The notes beneath the pieces are model-generated. The model did no database searches. It was not told where the DNA came from and saw only the letters and a program-made list of their open reading frames with translations. A stretch of 64,000 nucleotides of DNA from positions 42,776 to 106,775 of the forward strand of contig JBGFRR010000074.1 in the NCBI GenBank assembly GCA_041695045.1, in the 5' to 3' direction. Made by a program: the position numbers and the translations under genes. Source of the stretch: Bacteroidota bacterium (GTDB lineage: Bacteria; Bacteroidota; Ignavibacteria; UBA10030). Shown in pieces: positions 1-10,503 of the stretch (the stretch's first letter is position 1; each line of letters starts with the position of its first letter).

Positions 1-705
1 GAGCTGCCGGTCGGCGCGTTGGTCTTCGTCGCGGAAGCACTTGACAATTTGGAAGTAGCGGTCGTAGCCGGCGACCATCAGAATTTGCTTGTATGTTTGT
101 GGCGATTGCGGCAGCGCGTAGAACTTTCCCGGATGGAATCGGCTGGGAACAAGAAAATCCCGCGCCCCTTCCGGGGTGCTCTTCATGAGGATGGGCGTCT
201 CGACTTCGACAAAGCCATGACGGTCGAAGTAGGACCGCGTGACCTGATACGCTTTGTGTCGGACAAGAAAATTGCGCTGCAAAGACGGGCGGCGGAGATC
301 TAAGTATCGATAGCGGAGTCGCGTCTCTTCACTCACCTCTGCCTCATCCTCGATTGGAAAAGGCGGTGTATCGGCTTTGTTGAGGATCGTCAGCTCATGG
401 ATGACGACGTCGACTTCGCCGGTTGGGATTTCGGGATTTTCCGTGCCCGCAGGCCGACGCTCAACCTTCCCCGTCGCAGCAATGACAAACTCCGACCGCA
501 ACGCCTTTGCCAGCTCGTACGTCGGCTCGCTGTGCTGGGGTGCGAAAACCACTTGGGTCTTTCCATAACGGTCGCGCAAATCCACAAAGATCACTCCACC
601 TAAGTCACGGCGAACATCAACCCATCCCGTAAGCGTAACCGTCTTTCCGATATCAGAGGCGCGCAGCTCACCGCATGTATGTGTGCGCTTGTTGTAGTTG
701 GTCAA
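1..705 (-). CDS. aspS: Aspartyl-tRNA synthetase (N-terminal ~235 aa; C-terminus lies beyond the window start)
   Basis: Manual minus-strand translation gives ...[46 protein letters not shown]...[48 protein letters not shown], the class II aaRS anticodon-binding N-domain and motif 2 (FRDED) typical of AspRS. It is absent from the ORF track because the stop is off-window. Probable TTG start near 705. Confidence 0.85.
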   Translation of the reverse strand, partial: MTNYNKRTHTCGELRASDIGKTVTLTGWVDVRRDLGGVIFVDLRDRYGKTQVVFAPQHSEPTYELAKALRSEFVIAATGKVERRPAGTENPEIPTGEVDVVIHELTILNKADTPPFPIEDEAEVSEETRLRYRYLDLRRPSLQRNFLVRHKAYQVTRSYFDRHGFVEVETPILMKSTPEGARDFLVPSRFHPGKFYALPQSPQTYKQILMVAGYDRYFQIVKCFRDEDQRADRQL

Positions 706-816
706 CCGTATCCTCCAGACTGAACGAGACCGGACAGGTCTACTACGTCGTTTCGTGGAAACAAAAATGCGAGAAGCGCGGTACAGCAGCGTTCTCGCAC
801 TGTCATCGATGCGTCG

Positions 817-1140
817 TCAATTGAGATGTTTCTGGACTCGCTCGTTCAACGCTCGTTTCGGAACTGCGCCAACAACCTGTTCGACCACACGGCCGTTCTT
901 GAAGACCAAGAGCGTGGGGATGCTGCGAATGCCGAACTGCATCGGCGCGTTCGGGTTCGCATCCACATCAACCTTGCCTACCTTCAGCATGCCGTTGTAC
1001 TCCGAGGCGAGCTCTTCGACAATCGGTGCAATCATCTTGCACGGACCGCACCATTCCGCCCAGAAATCCACAAGAACAGGTTTGTCGGATTTGAGCACTT
1101 CAGTTTCAAACGTTGCATCAGTCAGCTCGATAGGCTTCAT
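817..1140 (-). CDS. trxA: Thioredoxin
   Basis: 107-aa ORF with the WCGPC active-site motif ([15 protein letters not shown]) and a thioredoxin fold. Confidence 0.95.
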   Translation of the reverse strand: MKPIELTDATFETEVLKSDKPVLVDFWAEWCGPCKMIAPIVEELASEYNGMLKVGKVDVDANPNAPMQFGIRSIPTLLVFKNGRVVEQVVGAVPKRALNERVQKHLN

Positions 1141-1153
1141 TCGAATTCCTTTC

Positions 1154-4100
1154 TTATCCCGTTGCTTGCAGCCGAACCGTGGAAGCTCCGAACAACTGCC
1201 TCATCGCAGTAATCAGCTGGGGGCTCGGATCGACTGTGTAATTGCGGCTCAAATATACTGATTTGTCCGGTAATCCGCCACCCGATACACGAATGTAGCA
1301 TTGGCATTTGCCGCGATGTCGCTCCATCAACAGGCGAAGCTCAACCACGGCCCGCTCGTCCACACGGTCGAGGTTGAGCGAGAGCAGAATACTCTTCGTG
1401 AAGCGCGCCCGTACGTCTTCCATCGGTACTACGTCATTCACGATAATCTTCAGTGCCTCGCCGTTGGTTTCCCCCTTACCGATAACCATCACCATCGCAT
1501 CATCGGCCAGAAGTTTACCGTAGCGCTGGAACGAGTCGGAGAACACGATGCACTCCGCCTTGCCCGTGAAATCCTCTATCGTCACAAAAGCCATAAGGTT
1601 GCCACGTTTGTCGACCTTCTTCTTCACCGACGTGACGATACCGCACACACGCACCGTGGCGCCGTTCTGAAACTCTTCCACCTGTCCTAACCGAACGGTG
1701 GAAAATGCCTCAATTTCATCGCTGTATTTTGAAAGTGGATGCCCGGAAACATAGAAGCCTAACACGGCCTTTTCGCGGGATAACACCTCTGCCTCGCTCC
1801 AAGGCTGGACCTGCGGCAGCATCGGCTTCACCTGCACCTTCGCTCCACCGAGGTCAAAGAGGCTGTTCTGCCCCCGAATCAATTGCTCCTGCACATGCTG
1901 GCCGTAACCGATGGCTCGCTCAACGGCTGCAAAGACCTGAGCTCTGTTGTTGTGGAGAGAATCAAACGCCCCAGCCTGGATGAGACACTCGATCGTCTTT
2001 TTGTTCACTGAGCGCAAGTCTACCTTGGCGCAGAAATCGAAGATATCCGTGAAGCTCCCCTTTTCCTCGCGGGCGCGGACAAACTGTTCGACGGCGCTGA
2101 CGCCTACATTCTTGATGGCACTCAAACCAAAGCGGATGCCCTGCTGTGTCGCGACAAACGTGACGCCGCTTTCGTTCACCTCCGGCGGCAGCACGTCGAT
2201 ACCGAGCTTGCGACATTCGTCGATCAGCAGCACGATCTTGTCGGTATCTCCCATTTCGCTCGAGAGCGTCGCTGCCATATACTCCGCGGGATAGTGTGCC
2301 TTCAAGTAACCAGTTTGGTACGCCAGCACGGAGTACGCGACACTGTGCGATTTGTTGAAACCGTACGATGCAAATTTTTCGATAAGGTCGAAGATGTCTC
2401 CAGCAATCTTCTTGTCGATGCCTTGCTGCGCGGCGCCGGCAACGAATTCTTTCTTCTGCTCAGCCATCAACGCTTTGTCCTTCTTCCCCATCGCGCGGCG
2501 CATCAAGTCGGCTTTCGCGAGACTAAAGCCGGCGATCTCACTCGCGATCTTCATCACCTGTTCCTGATACACGATGATGCCGTACGTTTCCTTCAAAATC
2601 GGTTCGAGGTTCGGATGGATGTGCTCGATGCGCTGTTTGCCGTGCTTGCGCGCGATGAACTCGTCGATCATCTGCATCGGACCCGGTCGATACAGTGCGT
2701 TCATCGCAACGAGGTCGTGAATGGAGGTCGGCTTCAGCTTGCGCAGATAATCCTGCATGCCGGAGCTTTCAAACTGGAAGAGTGCAACGGTTTGACCGCG
2801 CGAGAAAAGTTCAAGCGTCTTGGGGTCGTCCGGCGGCAGTCGGTCGAGGTCGACCTCGAGGCCGTGGTTTTGTTTGATGAGCGCAAGCGCGTTTTCCAAC
2901 ACTGTCAGCGTGCGAAGGCCGAGGAAGTCCATCTTGAGCAGCCCGGCATCTTCGAGATCCTTCATGTTGTACTGCGTCATGATCTCGGTCTGAGGCGTCT
3001 TGTACATCGGCACGTAGTCGCTGAGGTCGCCCGGTGCGATCACAACGCCCGCAGCGTGCGTGGACGCGTTGCGGTTCATCCCCTCGAGCACGAGTGCGGT
3101 TTCAATCATCAAGCGGATTTTGTCGTCCGTGCTTTCCTTCACCCATTTCAAATCTGGGATCGTTTCGAGCGCTTCGGCTAACGGCGTCACCTTCCCCTGC
3201 ACTACGGGGATCTGCTTTGTGATGGAATCGATGGTGCTCAACGGTATACCGAGCACTCGACCGACATCTTTCAGCACTGCGCGTGATAAAAGCGTACCGA
3301 ACGTGATGATTTGCGCGACCGACTCTGCGCCGTACTTGCTCCGGACGTATTCGATGACCTTCTCCCGCTTGTCGTCGGAAAAGTCCACGTCGATATCCGG
3401 CATCGAGACGCGGTCGGGATTAAGAAAGCGCTCAAACAGCAGGCCAAACTGCAGCGGGTCGACATCCGTAATCCCGACGGCGTACGAAACGAGGCTTCCC
3501 GCTGCGCTGCCTCGCCCCGGACCTACCCGCACTCCCATGCGGCGCGCTGCGTTAATGAAATCCTGCACAATTAAAAAATATCCCGCATACCCCATCCGAT
3601 TGATGACGCTCAGCTCGTGGTCGAGCCGTGCCTGAATCTCCGGCGTGATAGCCTCATAGCGACGGCGCAGGCCTTCGTTCGCAAGCTTCGAAAGATATTC
3701 TTCAAGCGTAGCCACCCCTGCATCTGCGGGAATGGGGAAGTTCGGCATGAAATTCGTCTTGAGGTCGAGTTCAACATTGCACTTCTCGGCAATCTCTAAC
3801 GTTGATGCAATGGCTTCCGGGTAGTCGGCAAACAAGCGGGACATCTCTGCCGTACTCTTGAAGTACAACTGATCGGTGCCGTAGCGAAGCGACTGGTAAT
3901 CGGGCGCGTTGGTGCTGGTCGCCTCGGGAATGTGCAGCATGATGTTATGCGGCAGGGCGTGTTCGGGTTTGATGTAATGGCAGTCGTTGGTTGCAACGAG
4001 CTTGAGGCCAAGTTCTTTGGCGAGGCGTGGTGCGTGTGCGAGGATTGGCTGTTCGACCTGCATGCCGTGGTTCTGAATCTCAATGTAAAAATCCTCGCCG

Positions 4101-4624
4101 AAGATTTCTTTGTAGATTCCAGCAGCCGAGCGCGCCTCTTCGTAGTCGCCGTTGACAAGATGCGCGGAAACCACGCCGCCCGGACACGCGGACGTTGCAA
4201 CGATACCCTTGCTGTACTGTGCCAACACCTCGGCGTCGATGCGCGGCTTGTAATAGAAGCCCTCGGTATGGCCGATCGTGCACAGCTTGATGAGGTTCTT
4301 GTAACCGGTGAGGTCTTTGGCCAGCAAAAGGATATGATGATAGATGCCGCGCCCTTGCCCTTTTGCCGACTTCTCCGACTGCATCGTTTTGTCGAAGCGG
4401 CTGCCTTTCGTGAGAATGTAAGCCTCGCACCCGATGATGGGCTTGATGCCGGCCTTCTTTGCTTTCTTGTAAAATTCAATGGCGCCGAACATCACACCGT
4501 GGTCGGTCAGTGCTACCGCGGGCATTGTATGCTCAACGGCGGCGTCGATGAGGCCTTCGATGGTCGCAGCGCCGTCGAGAAGACTGTAATGAGAATGATT
4601 GTGGAGATGGACAAACTGGGGCAT
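1154..4624 (-). CDS. dnaE: DNA polymerase III alpha subunit
   Basis: 1156-aa ORF with an N-terminal PHP domain ([14 protein letters not shown]), a polymerase core and a C-terminal OB fold. Typical DnaE length. Confidence 0.97.
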   Translation of the reverse strand: MPQFVHLHNHSHYSLLDGAATIEGLIDAAVEHTMPAVALTDHGVMFGAIEFYKKAKKAGIKPIIGCEAYILTKGSRFDKTMQSEKSAKGQGRGIYHHILLLAKDLTGYKNLIKLCTIGHTEGFYYKPRIDAEVLAQYSKGIVATSACPGGVVSAHLVNGDYEEARSAAGIYKEIFGEDFYIEIQNHGMQVEQPILAHAPRLAKELGLKLVATNDCHYIKPEHALPHNIMLHIPEATSTNAPDYQSLRYGTDQLYFKSTAEMSRLFADYPEAIASTLEIAEKCNVELDLKTNFMPNFPIPADAGVATLEEYLSKLANEGLRRRYEAITPEIQARLDHELSVINRMGYAGYFLIVQDFINAARRMGVRVGPGRGSAAGSLVSYAVGITDVDPLQFGLLFERFLNPDRVSMPDIDVDFSDDKREKVIEYVRSKYGAESVAQIITFGTLLSRAVLKDVGRVLGIPLSTIDSITKQIPVVQGKVTPLAEALETIPDLKWVKESTDDKIRLMIETALVLEGMNRNASTHAAGVVIAPGDLSDYVPMYKTPQTEIMTQYNMKDLEDAGLLKMDFLGLRTLTVLENALALIKQNHGLEVDLDRLPPDDPKTLELFSRGQTVALFQFESSGMQDYLRKLKPTSIHDLVAMNALYRPGPMQMIDEFIARKHGKQRIEHIHPNLEPILKETYGIIVYQEQVMKIASEIAGFSLAKADLMRRAMGKKDKALMAEQKKEFVAGAAQQGIDKKIAGDIFDLIEKFASYGFNKSHSVAYSVLAYQTGYLKAHYPAEYMAATLSSEMGDTDKIVLLIDECRKLGIDVLPPEVNESGVTFVATQQGIRFGLSAIKNVGVSAVEQFVRAREEKGSFTDIFDFCAKVDLRSVNKKTIECLIQAGAFDSLHNNRAQVFAAVERAIGYGQHVQEQLIRGQNSLFDLGGAKVQVKPMLPQVQPWSEAEVLSREKAVLGFYVSGHPLSKYSDEIEAFSTVRLGQVEEFQNGATVRVCGIVTSVKKKVDKRGNLMAFVTIEDFTGKAECIVFSDSFQRYGKLLADDAMVMVIGKGETNGEALKIIVNDVVPMEDVRARFTKSILLSLNLDRVDERAVVELRLLMERHRGKCQCYIRVSGGGLPDKSVYLSRNYTVDPSPQLITAMRQLFGASTVRLQATG

Positions 4625-4790
4625 GGGGAATCCAGAAAGACAGAGGCCAGACGTCAGAGGTCAGAGAAAAAACTTGTAAGAAGAGTACGGATTAAAGAGG
4701 AGAAATGAAAGAGGGAGGAAAAACGCGGAGCGATAGATTGATGAGGGTGGAAAGCGAACAGGGATGTTGATGCATGAGGACTGAACTGAT
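4625..4790. repeat. Strand-asymmetric polypurine (plus) / polypyrimidine (minus) tract immediately upstream of the dnaE start
   Basis: About 160 nt composed almost entirely of A/G on the plus strand (agaaagacagaggccagacgtcagaggtcagagaaaaaac...gagggaggaaaaacg...). Confidence 0.6.
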
Positions 4791-4804
4791 GCGGCAATGA
4801 ACCG

Positions 4805-5158
4805 CTATTTGATGAGGATAAGTTTTTTCGTTTCAACAAACGAACCGGCTTGAAGACGATAGAAATACACGCCAGCCGGTTGGTCGCCGGGCATCCATTG
4901 AATCCGGTGCGTTCCCGAATCGAAACGATCATCAACAAGACGTTCGATAAGTTGACCGAGTGCGTTATAGATATCCAAACGAACTGCGGATTGACTCGGA
5001 AGCGAGAATTCTCTTGTCGTCGAAGGGTTAAAAGGGTTGGGATAATTCTGGACCAAAATAGAGGCCACGACTTCGGGGAGAATAATGCACCGTAAACGAT
5101 GATACTGCACAAGCGAACAGTAGTTCCCTTCAACGACGAGAGCGCATCTCCTCTTCAA
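4805..5158 (-). pseudogene. Orphan T9SS C-terminal sorting domain ORF (likely remnant of a secreted protein gene)
   Basis: The ORF ends with ...NYPNPFNPSTTREFSLPSQSAVRLDIYNALGQLIERLVDDRFDSGTHRIQWMPGDQPAGVYFYRLQAGSFVETKKLILIK, which matches the T9SS (Por secretion) type-A C-terminal domain. There is no functional N-terminal passenger domain. The ORF start overlaps brnA. Confidence 0.55.
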
Positions 5159-5411
5159 CTTTTTCGCTCAAGTAAATCTTCATCAGAGATTGGGTGGGAA
5201 TGTCTTTCTTGTTAGCAATCCCTTTCAGTGCGCTCATTAGCCATGCCGGTAGGCGCAAGGAGGTGAGAACAGTCGAGGGCTTCAAATTGGGAAAGAGACT
5301 GCCCACAAGAACCGGGCCATGTTCGTAGTCAAGCGGTGAATGCTCTGCCCAGAACTCTCGCTCATGGTCTTCGTTCTTAAACCGAGGTACCTTTTTTAAT
5401 TTCTTCTTCAT
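5130..5411 (-). CDS. brnA: BrnA antitoxin (CopG/RHH-like)
   Basis: 93-aa protein MKKKLKKVPRFKNEDHEREFWAEHSPLDYEH...LKPSTVLTSLRLPAWLMSALKGIANKKDIPTQSLMKIYLSEKV matches BrnA family conservation (IPxF, EREFWE, LKPST, SLRLP, YQSLIK). It overlaps the upstream brnT end. Confidence 0.85.
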   Translation of the reverse strand: MKKKLKKVPRFKNEDHEREFWAEHSPLDYEHGPVLVGSLFPNLKPSTVLTSLRLPAWLMSALKGIANKKDIPTQSLMKIYLSEKVEEEMRSRR

Positions 5412-5706
5412 AAAAGCGTGCTTCCTTTGTATTCATGGGTCGGGCAGAGATGGGTCTAATCAACTTTTTCCTTGTTGTAAAAACAACTACCAACAATCGC
5501 CCTTCGAACGTTTTGCCAAAGAGTTTCCATCGGCTCTCATGCGATGAATGCTTTATATCGGATAACAGCACTGAAGGAGGATTGAAAAATACCTGTTCGA
5601 TCTCAAACTGCTCAACGCCGTGCTTCTGATTCTTTCCTGCGTTTCCCTCATCCCAGTCAAATCCCTCAAGAGACGAGAGAAAGGAGAGGAGTTGTTTCAA
5701 GTCCAT
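5377..5706 (-). CDS. brnT: BrnT toxin (DUF497 ribonuclease toxin)
   Basis: 109-aa protein with FDWDEGNAGKNQKHGV...RLLVVVFTTRKKLIRPISARPMNTKEARFYEE. The DUF497/BrnT hallmarks are present (F-WDE, KHGV, ISAR). It lies immediately upstream of, and overlaps, brnA. Confidence 0.85.
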   Translation of the reverse strand: MDLKQLLSFLSSLEGFDWDEGNAGKNQKHGVEQFEIEQVFFNPPSVLLSDIKHSSHESRWKLFGKTFEGRLLVVVFTTRKKLIRPISARPMNTKEARFYEEEIKKGTSV

Positions 5707-5787
5707 TTGGTCGGCAGGTTCAGGGCTTGTAACGATAACAATATATGTAGGCCTTTGACGGAAATCAAGCGCTCAAGCATTGAGGAT

Positions 5788-7221
5788 TCACCCCATCACC
5801 AGCATCTTCGGCTCCGTCATGGTTTCGATCGCATACTTCACCCCCTCGCGACCGAAGCCGGAATCCTTGATGCCGCCATACGGCATGTTGTCGACGCGGA
5901 AGATAGGGTTCTCGTTGACAATCACCGCGCCCACATCGAGATGCTCAAACGCATACATGATGTTATGGAAGTCGTTCGAAAAAATGCCCGCCTGTAGTCC
6001 AAACCGCGAATCGTTGATCCCCGCGAGGGCTTCTTCAAGGGACTTGAATCGATGGAGCGTGACAACGGGACCGAAAATTTCTTCGCGGAAAACCTTTGTC
6101 GTCCGGTCCACACGCTCGAGTACCGTCGGCTCAATCGCTTGCTCGCGTTTCGCTCCCCCACACAAGACAACCCCTCCGCGCTCGACTGCTTCGCGAATCC
6201 ATGATGCAATTCTCTCCGTCGAACCGCTATCAATGAGCGGCCCGACAACCGTCGTTTCATCTGCCGGGTCGCCTACCCTCAGCGCTTTGGCCGCATTCAC
6301 AAACGTATCAACATACCGGTCGTAGATCGAGTCTTCGACATAAATGCGCTGAATCTTGATGCAAACCTGCCCGGAGTAAACGAACGACCCGATGAGATTC
6401 TTTTTCACCGCTTCTTCAACGTTCGCTGTTCTGTCGACGATGATGCCAGCGTTTCCACCCAGTTCGAGAATGACCTTTTTCTTTCCGGCGATACTCTTGA
6501 GTTTCCATCCGATGTTCGGGCTTCCGGTGAAACTCAGCATCGCAATGCGTTCATCCCGCACAAGCGACTCCGCAACGGCGTTCGAGCACGGAAGCACGCT
6601 AAAGGCTTCAGCCGGCAAACCCGATTCCGAGATGATCTTCGCTAACTTCAGTGCCGTAAGTGGCGCCTGGGGAGGCGGCTTGAGAAGAAAGGCGTTCCCG
6701 GCAGCAAGAGCCGGTGCGAGCTTGTGGGCTGTGAGATTGAGCGGAAAGTTAAACGGAACGACACCCAACACAATACCGATCGGGAATCTCCTGACGATAC
6801 CAAACCTTCCGATTCCATGCGGGGCCAAATCAAGCGGAACGACATCGCCGCCGATACGACGCGCTTCTTCGCCTGCAAGCTGAAAGGTCATGACCGCGCG
6901 GTCAACCTCGATGCGCGAAAACTGAATGCCCTTTCCCACCTCTGCCGTGATGAGCCGGGCAAACTCTTCTTTCTGTTCGCGGATCGTGTTGGAAATGAAC
7001 GACAGGATTTCGTAACGCCGCGCACTCGGCAGCTTGCGTGTTTGCTGGAATCCCGCACGCGCGCGCTCCACAGCCTCTTGTGCCTCGGCCTCCGTTGCCA
7101 ATGTAACAGTACCTACAGGCGAACGGCGATACGGATCGACGATGGTCAGGGTTTCCCCTCCATTGGTCTTCCACTCGCCGCCGAGGAGAAATGGATGGAT
7201 GGTGGGCTCCATAGTTATCAA
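5788..7221 (-). CDS. NAD(P)-dependent aldehyde dehydrogenase (possibly 1-pyrroline-5-carboxylate / semialdehyde dehydrogenase)
   Basis: 477-aa ALDH superfamily member (ELGGNAG, FTGS, catalytic Cys VCIKIQRIYV; GQVC context). The P5CDH assignment is inference from the nearby proline dehydrogenase gene. Confidence 0.8.
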   Translation of the reverse strand: MITMEPTIHPFLLGGEWKTNGGETLTIVDPYRRSPVGTVTLATEAEAQEAVERARAGFQQTRKLPSARRYEILSFISNTIREQKEEFARLITAEVGKGIQFSRIEVDRAVMTFQLAGEEARRIGGDVVPLDLAPHGIGRFGIVRRFPIGIVLGVVPFNFPLNLTAHKLAPALAAGNAFLLKPPPQAPLTALKLAKIISESGLPAEAFSVLPCSNAVAESLVRDERIAMLSFTGSPNIGWKLKSIAGKKKVILELGGNAGIIVDRTANVEEAVKKNLIGSFVYSGQVCIKIQRIYVEDSIYDRYVDTFVNAAKALRVGDPADETTVVGPLIDSGSTERIASWIREAVERGGVVLCGGAKREQAIEPTVLERVDRTTKVFREEIFGPVVTLHRFKSLEEALAGINDSRFGLQAGIFSNDFHNIMYAFEHLDVGAVIVNENPIFRVDNMPYGGIKDSGFGREGVKYAIETMTEPKMLVMG

Positions 7222-8912
7222 CCCTGAAGCAACTTCTTCACCTCGCTCACAACGTCATCCACAGCGACCATGGTTCGCTCGCCGGTTGCGCGACGCTTGA
7301 TCTCCACCTGCTTGTTGCGCAGGCCCTTTTCGCCAACGATGACCTGAAGCGGCATGCCGAGTACGTCGGCGTCCATAAACTTGAAGCCCGGCGATGCATT
7401 CGAGCGGTCGTCGAACAATGTCTCAACGCCCGCCTCCGTCAGTGCGCGATAGATTTGATTCGAGGCCAACACCGTTTCTTTGCTGTTCATGCTCACCGCA
7501 ATTACATGCACGTGATACGGCGCCAGCGCGGTATTCCAGATAATGCCCTGATCGTCATGACTCTGCTCGATAAACGCCGCAACGATCCGCTCAATGCCAA
7601 TCCCATAACTTCCCACGATGATCGGCAGCGATTGACCGTTCTCATCAAGAAAGCGTGCATTCAGCGCTTCAGAGTATTTGGTGCCGAGTTTGAAGATATG
7701 GCCAACCTCGATCGCGTTGGTCACGTTGAGCAGCTTCAAGCATTGCGGGCACGGCTCGCCCGCTTCAACGGTACGGAGGTCGAAGTATCCTTCGATTGTC
7801 GCATCTCGCTGCAGGTCGATGTTCCCAAGATGGTAGTCATTCTTGTTGGCACCGCTAATAAGATTGTTTGCACCTTCGAGCCGTTTATCCGCAATGACGC
7901 GGAAACCTTTCAGCCCAACCGGACCAATCGACCCGCCGTCGGCGCCCGTGAGCGCGCGCAACTGTTCCGCTCCCATCGGTTCTACTTCCCCGCCTCCAAG
8001 AGCCGCAGAGAGCTTCGTCTCATTCAATTGATCGTTACCAACCATCAACACTAAGAGCGGCTGACCGTTGTGGCGATAGACGAGGGATTTGGCCAAACGT
8101 CGATGGTCAACCTTGAGGAACTCCGCAAGCTGGTCGATAGTCTTGACGTTCGGCGTGTGGATTTCCTCGACCGCTTTGCCGTTCTCCGTTCGAGCGGCAG
8201 GCTCGACCTTTGAGGTTGCTACTTCGAGATTGGCCGCATACCCGCATGCATCACAGAGCGCCACTGTGTCCTCACCAAATTCGGATTCCACCATGAACTC
8301 CTGCGACCCCGAGCCCCCCATCGCTCCGCTCGATGCCCCGACGACAAAAAACTTCAGCCCTGCCCGCGTGAATGCGCGCCGGTATGCTTCCGCGTGTTTC
8401 TCATAACTCGCATCCAGTCCTTCGGGAGAAGCATCGAGACTGTACGAGTCCTTCATGATAAACTGCCGTCCGCGCAACACACCTGAGCGCGGCCGCGGTT
8501 CGTTCCGGAACTTCGTTTGGATTTGATACCAGATTTGCGGTAGGTCTTTGTACGACTGGATATGATTGGCCGCAATGGATGCGATCACTTCCTCATGCGT
8601 GGGCGCGAGGACGAGGTCGCGCTCTTCAATGCTCAAAATGAAATTCGGGACATCACGCCGGCCGGTTTGAATCCAGAGCGATTCCGGATTGAGCGCCGGC
8701 AAAAGGAATTCTTGTCCGCCTATAGCGTTCATCTCTTCCCGAACGATCTGCATCGCCTTCATCAGCGCCCGCAGACCAAGCGGCAAGAACGAATAGACGC
8801 CCGCAGTGAGCTGGCGCATGAGGCCCGCGCGGATCATCAGCTGATGGCTTGGAATCGTCGCGTCGGCAGGGACTTCTTTTTGCGTTGGGATGAATGCTTT
8901 CGAAAGACGCAT
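7218..8912 (-). CDS. proS: Prolyl-tRNA synthetase (bacterial type with editing domain)
   Basis: Class II aaRS motifs are present. The true start is probably MRLSKAFIPTQKEV, residue 90 of the 653-aa track ORF, giving about 565 aa. Confidence 0.93.
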   Translation of the reverse strand: MRLSKAFIPTQKEVPADATIPSHQLMIRAGLMRQLTAGVYSFLPLGLRALMKAMQIVREEMNAIGGQEFLLPALNPESLWIQTGRRDVPNFILSIEERDLVLAPTHEEVIASIAANHIQSYKDLPQIWYQIQTKFRNEPRPRSGVLRGRQFIMKDSYSLDASPEGLDASYEKHAEAYRRAFTRAGLKFFVVGASSGAMGGSGSQEFMVESEFGEDTVALCDACGYAANLEVATSKVEPAARTENGKAVEEIHTPNVKTIDQLAEFLKVDHRRLAKSLVYRHNGQPLLVLMVGNDQLNETKLSAALGGGEVEPMGAEQLRALTGADGGSIGPVGLKGFRVIADKRLEGANNLISGANKNDYHLGNIDLQRDATIEGYFDLRTVEAGEPCPQCLKLLNVTNAIEVGHIFKLGTKYSEALNARFLDENGQSLPIIVGSYGIGIERIVAAFIEQSHDDQGIIWNTALAPYHVHVIAVSMNSKETVLASNQIYRALTEAGVETLFDDRSNASPGFKFMDADVLGMPLQVIVGEKGLRNKQVEIKRRATGERTMVAVDDVVSEVKKLLQG

Positions 8913-9087
8913 TGAGCTGGAAACTGACTCCGAAAAGGATTGAACAATGAATCGTACCAGAGGCAATGTACAAAAGTTCGAGAGGGAAGGCAAGGGAGGA
9001 AACAGGCGTTGAAGCTCAACCGCCGTACAACAAACGAGGCAGACGCCGTCGCGACATCCGCCTCGTTGTTGAAACTCGAATACAGAT

Positions 9088-9607
9088 TCAGGATGCGGTT
9101 TGAGTAAATTGAATCTCAACTTTTTTGGTCTCGCCCGGCTGCACAGCAACGCGTGTCTCCTGCGTGCCAAGCTGTTCATGCCACACGGCGATGACGTATT
9201 CGCCCGGAGGTAGGTCTTTCAACTCCACAATGCCATTCTCACCCGAGACGCCGAAGAACGGATGATTCAGTACACCGATATAGCTGCTCATCCACGGATG
9301 CACGTTGCACTTTCACATACACAAACGCGTTCTGCAACATTCCATCAGCACTCACACGAACCGGATATGAGAAGATATCGTGCTGGTGCATGGCCTGGCA
9401 GCGCGGGTCGGCGTTCATGCGGATTCGTTCGCCGCGTACGCCCGCTCCGGTAAAGCGTACCTCAACGGCCACCTGCGCCGGAGCCACATCTGCCGGATAT
9501 TCCTGGTGCGCTACCCCAGCCGCCTCGTCGGCTACCTCCTGCTTCTTCTCCCCTCCACATCCGGCAAGTACCAACCAGGATGCCGCTCAGCAAAAAAATC
9601 TTGCTCA
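9088..9607 (-). pseudogene. Lipoprotein gene disrupted by two apparent frameshifts
   Basis: ATG at 9607 gives MSKIFLLSGIL. A lipobox (VLAGCGGEKKQ) follows only after a +1 shift at ctggttgg, and a second shift occurs between the 9239..9574 and 9088..9303 ORFs. An A7/T7 homopolymer lies at 9592-9598. Confidence 0.5.
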
Positions 9608-9796
9608 TAGTCCTTCTCCTTTCGTGGTACACATTATATTTCAAGACAGCATCTGTTCCAACCACAATGCGGTACGAATTGTTCCCGAACTTTCGTTTGC
9701 AATGTCGCTTTTTTCCATCGCCCTCGACCGTCTTCGCCCCGACAAGTCGGGGTGAATCCCTGCCTGGGAAGAGGCGTAGTTCATCTTTTTCAAAGA

Positions 9797-10483
9797 TTAA
9801 AATCTCCACGCCACGCCGACAAACGGCGTCCAGTTTTGCGTGCCATGCTCGATGTCATCCTTAAACCGCTCGCCTCCACGCTTATCGTAATAGCGCGAAC
9901 GATATTCCATTCTCAATACAATGTCGAGTCGATCGATGAGTTCAACGTTTCCTCCGAAGTTGACCATCCACGCGATGCTTGGCAAGAAAGTGAACGCGTC
10001 GGTCGTATTGCCGCTCGCGGATGGGAGATCGGTGCGGGCATCGTCCGAGCGCGTGCCGAAGAGTCCATAGCCAAACTCAATGAAGACGGCGCGCCATCGT
10101 ACCTGCAGATACGGTCCCACCCAAAGCTCCCGAAAGTCGCCACCGATCTTATCCTCCGTGACGGTTTGGCCGGTGGAGGGGTCAATCGTGTTGAACCGCG
10201 CCGCGTGACGATTCCCGCGGTCGAACTGGAGATACACTCCCGCACTGATTGGCCCCCACACCTCACGCGCGCTGAAGAGCATCATGCCAAACTCCGTCTC
10301 GTTGACTAATCGTTCTCCGCGCGGGTCTCCAACCTCTGCCTTCACCTGCTGTTGAAAGTGTCGATAGGTAAAGCCCGCTTCCACACGCCACGGTGTAGAA
10401 CTGTTCTTCCGGCCGTCATCATCGACAGCAAGCGACGTTACAGGAAACACAAAAAGAACGACGAGGATGATGTGAATACGCAT
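9797..10483 (-). CDS. Outer-membrane beta-barrel protein (hypothetical porin-like)
   Basis: Signal peptide MRIHIILVVLFVFPVTSLA. Amphipathic beta-strand pattern with a C-terminal aromatic residue (...VGVAWRF). Confidence 0.6.
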   Translation of the reverse strand: MRIHIILVVLFVFPVTSLAVDDDGRKNSSTPWRVEAGFTYRHFQQQVKAEVGDPRGERLVNETEFGMMLFSAREVWGPISAGVYLQFDRGNRHAARFNTIDPSTGQTVTEDKIGGDFRELWVGPYLQVRWRAVFIEFGYGLFGTRSDDARTDLPSASGNTTDAFTFLPSIAWMVNFGGNVELIDRLDIVLRMEYRSRYYDKRGGERFKDDIEHGTQNWTPFVGVAWRF

Positions 10484-10503
10484 AGGAGTTCCCTCCCTTC
10501 CGG

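Noticed and set aside
19-303. Plus-strand 94-aa ORF at the window start
   Set aside because: The opposite strand encodes a clear aspS N-terminal region (FRDED motif 2 and other AspRS blocks). The plus ORF is an antisense shadow.
2294-4708. Several long plus-strand ORFs (2294-3181, 3932-4708 and others) inside dnaE
   Set aside because: They are antisense to a 1156-aa gene with unmistakable DnaE motifs, and have Arg/His-rich composition typical of GC-rich antisense frames.
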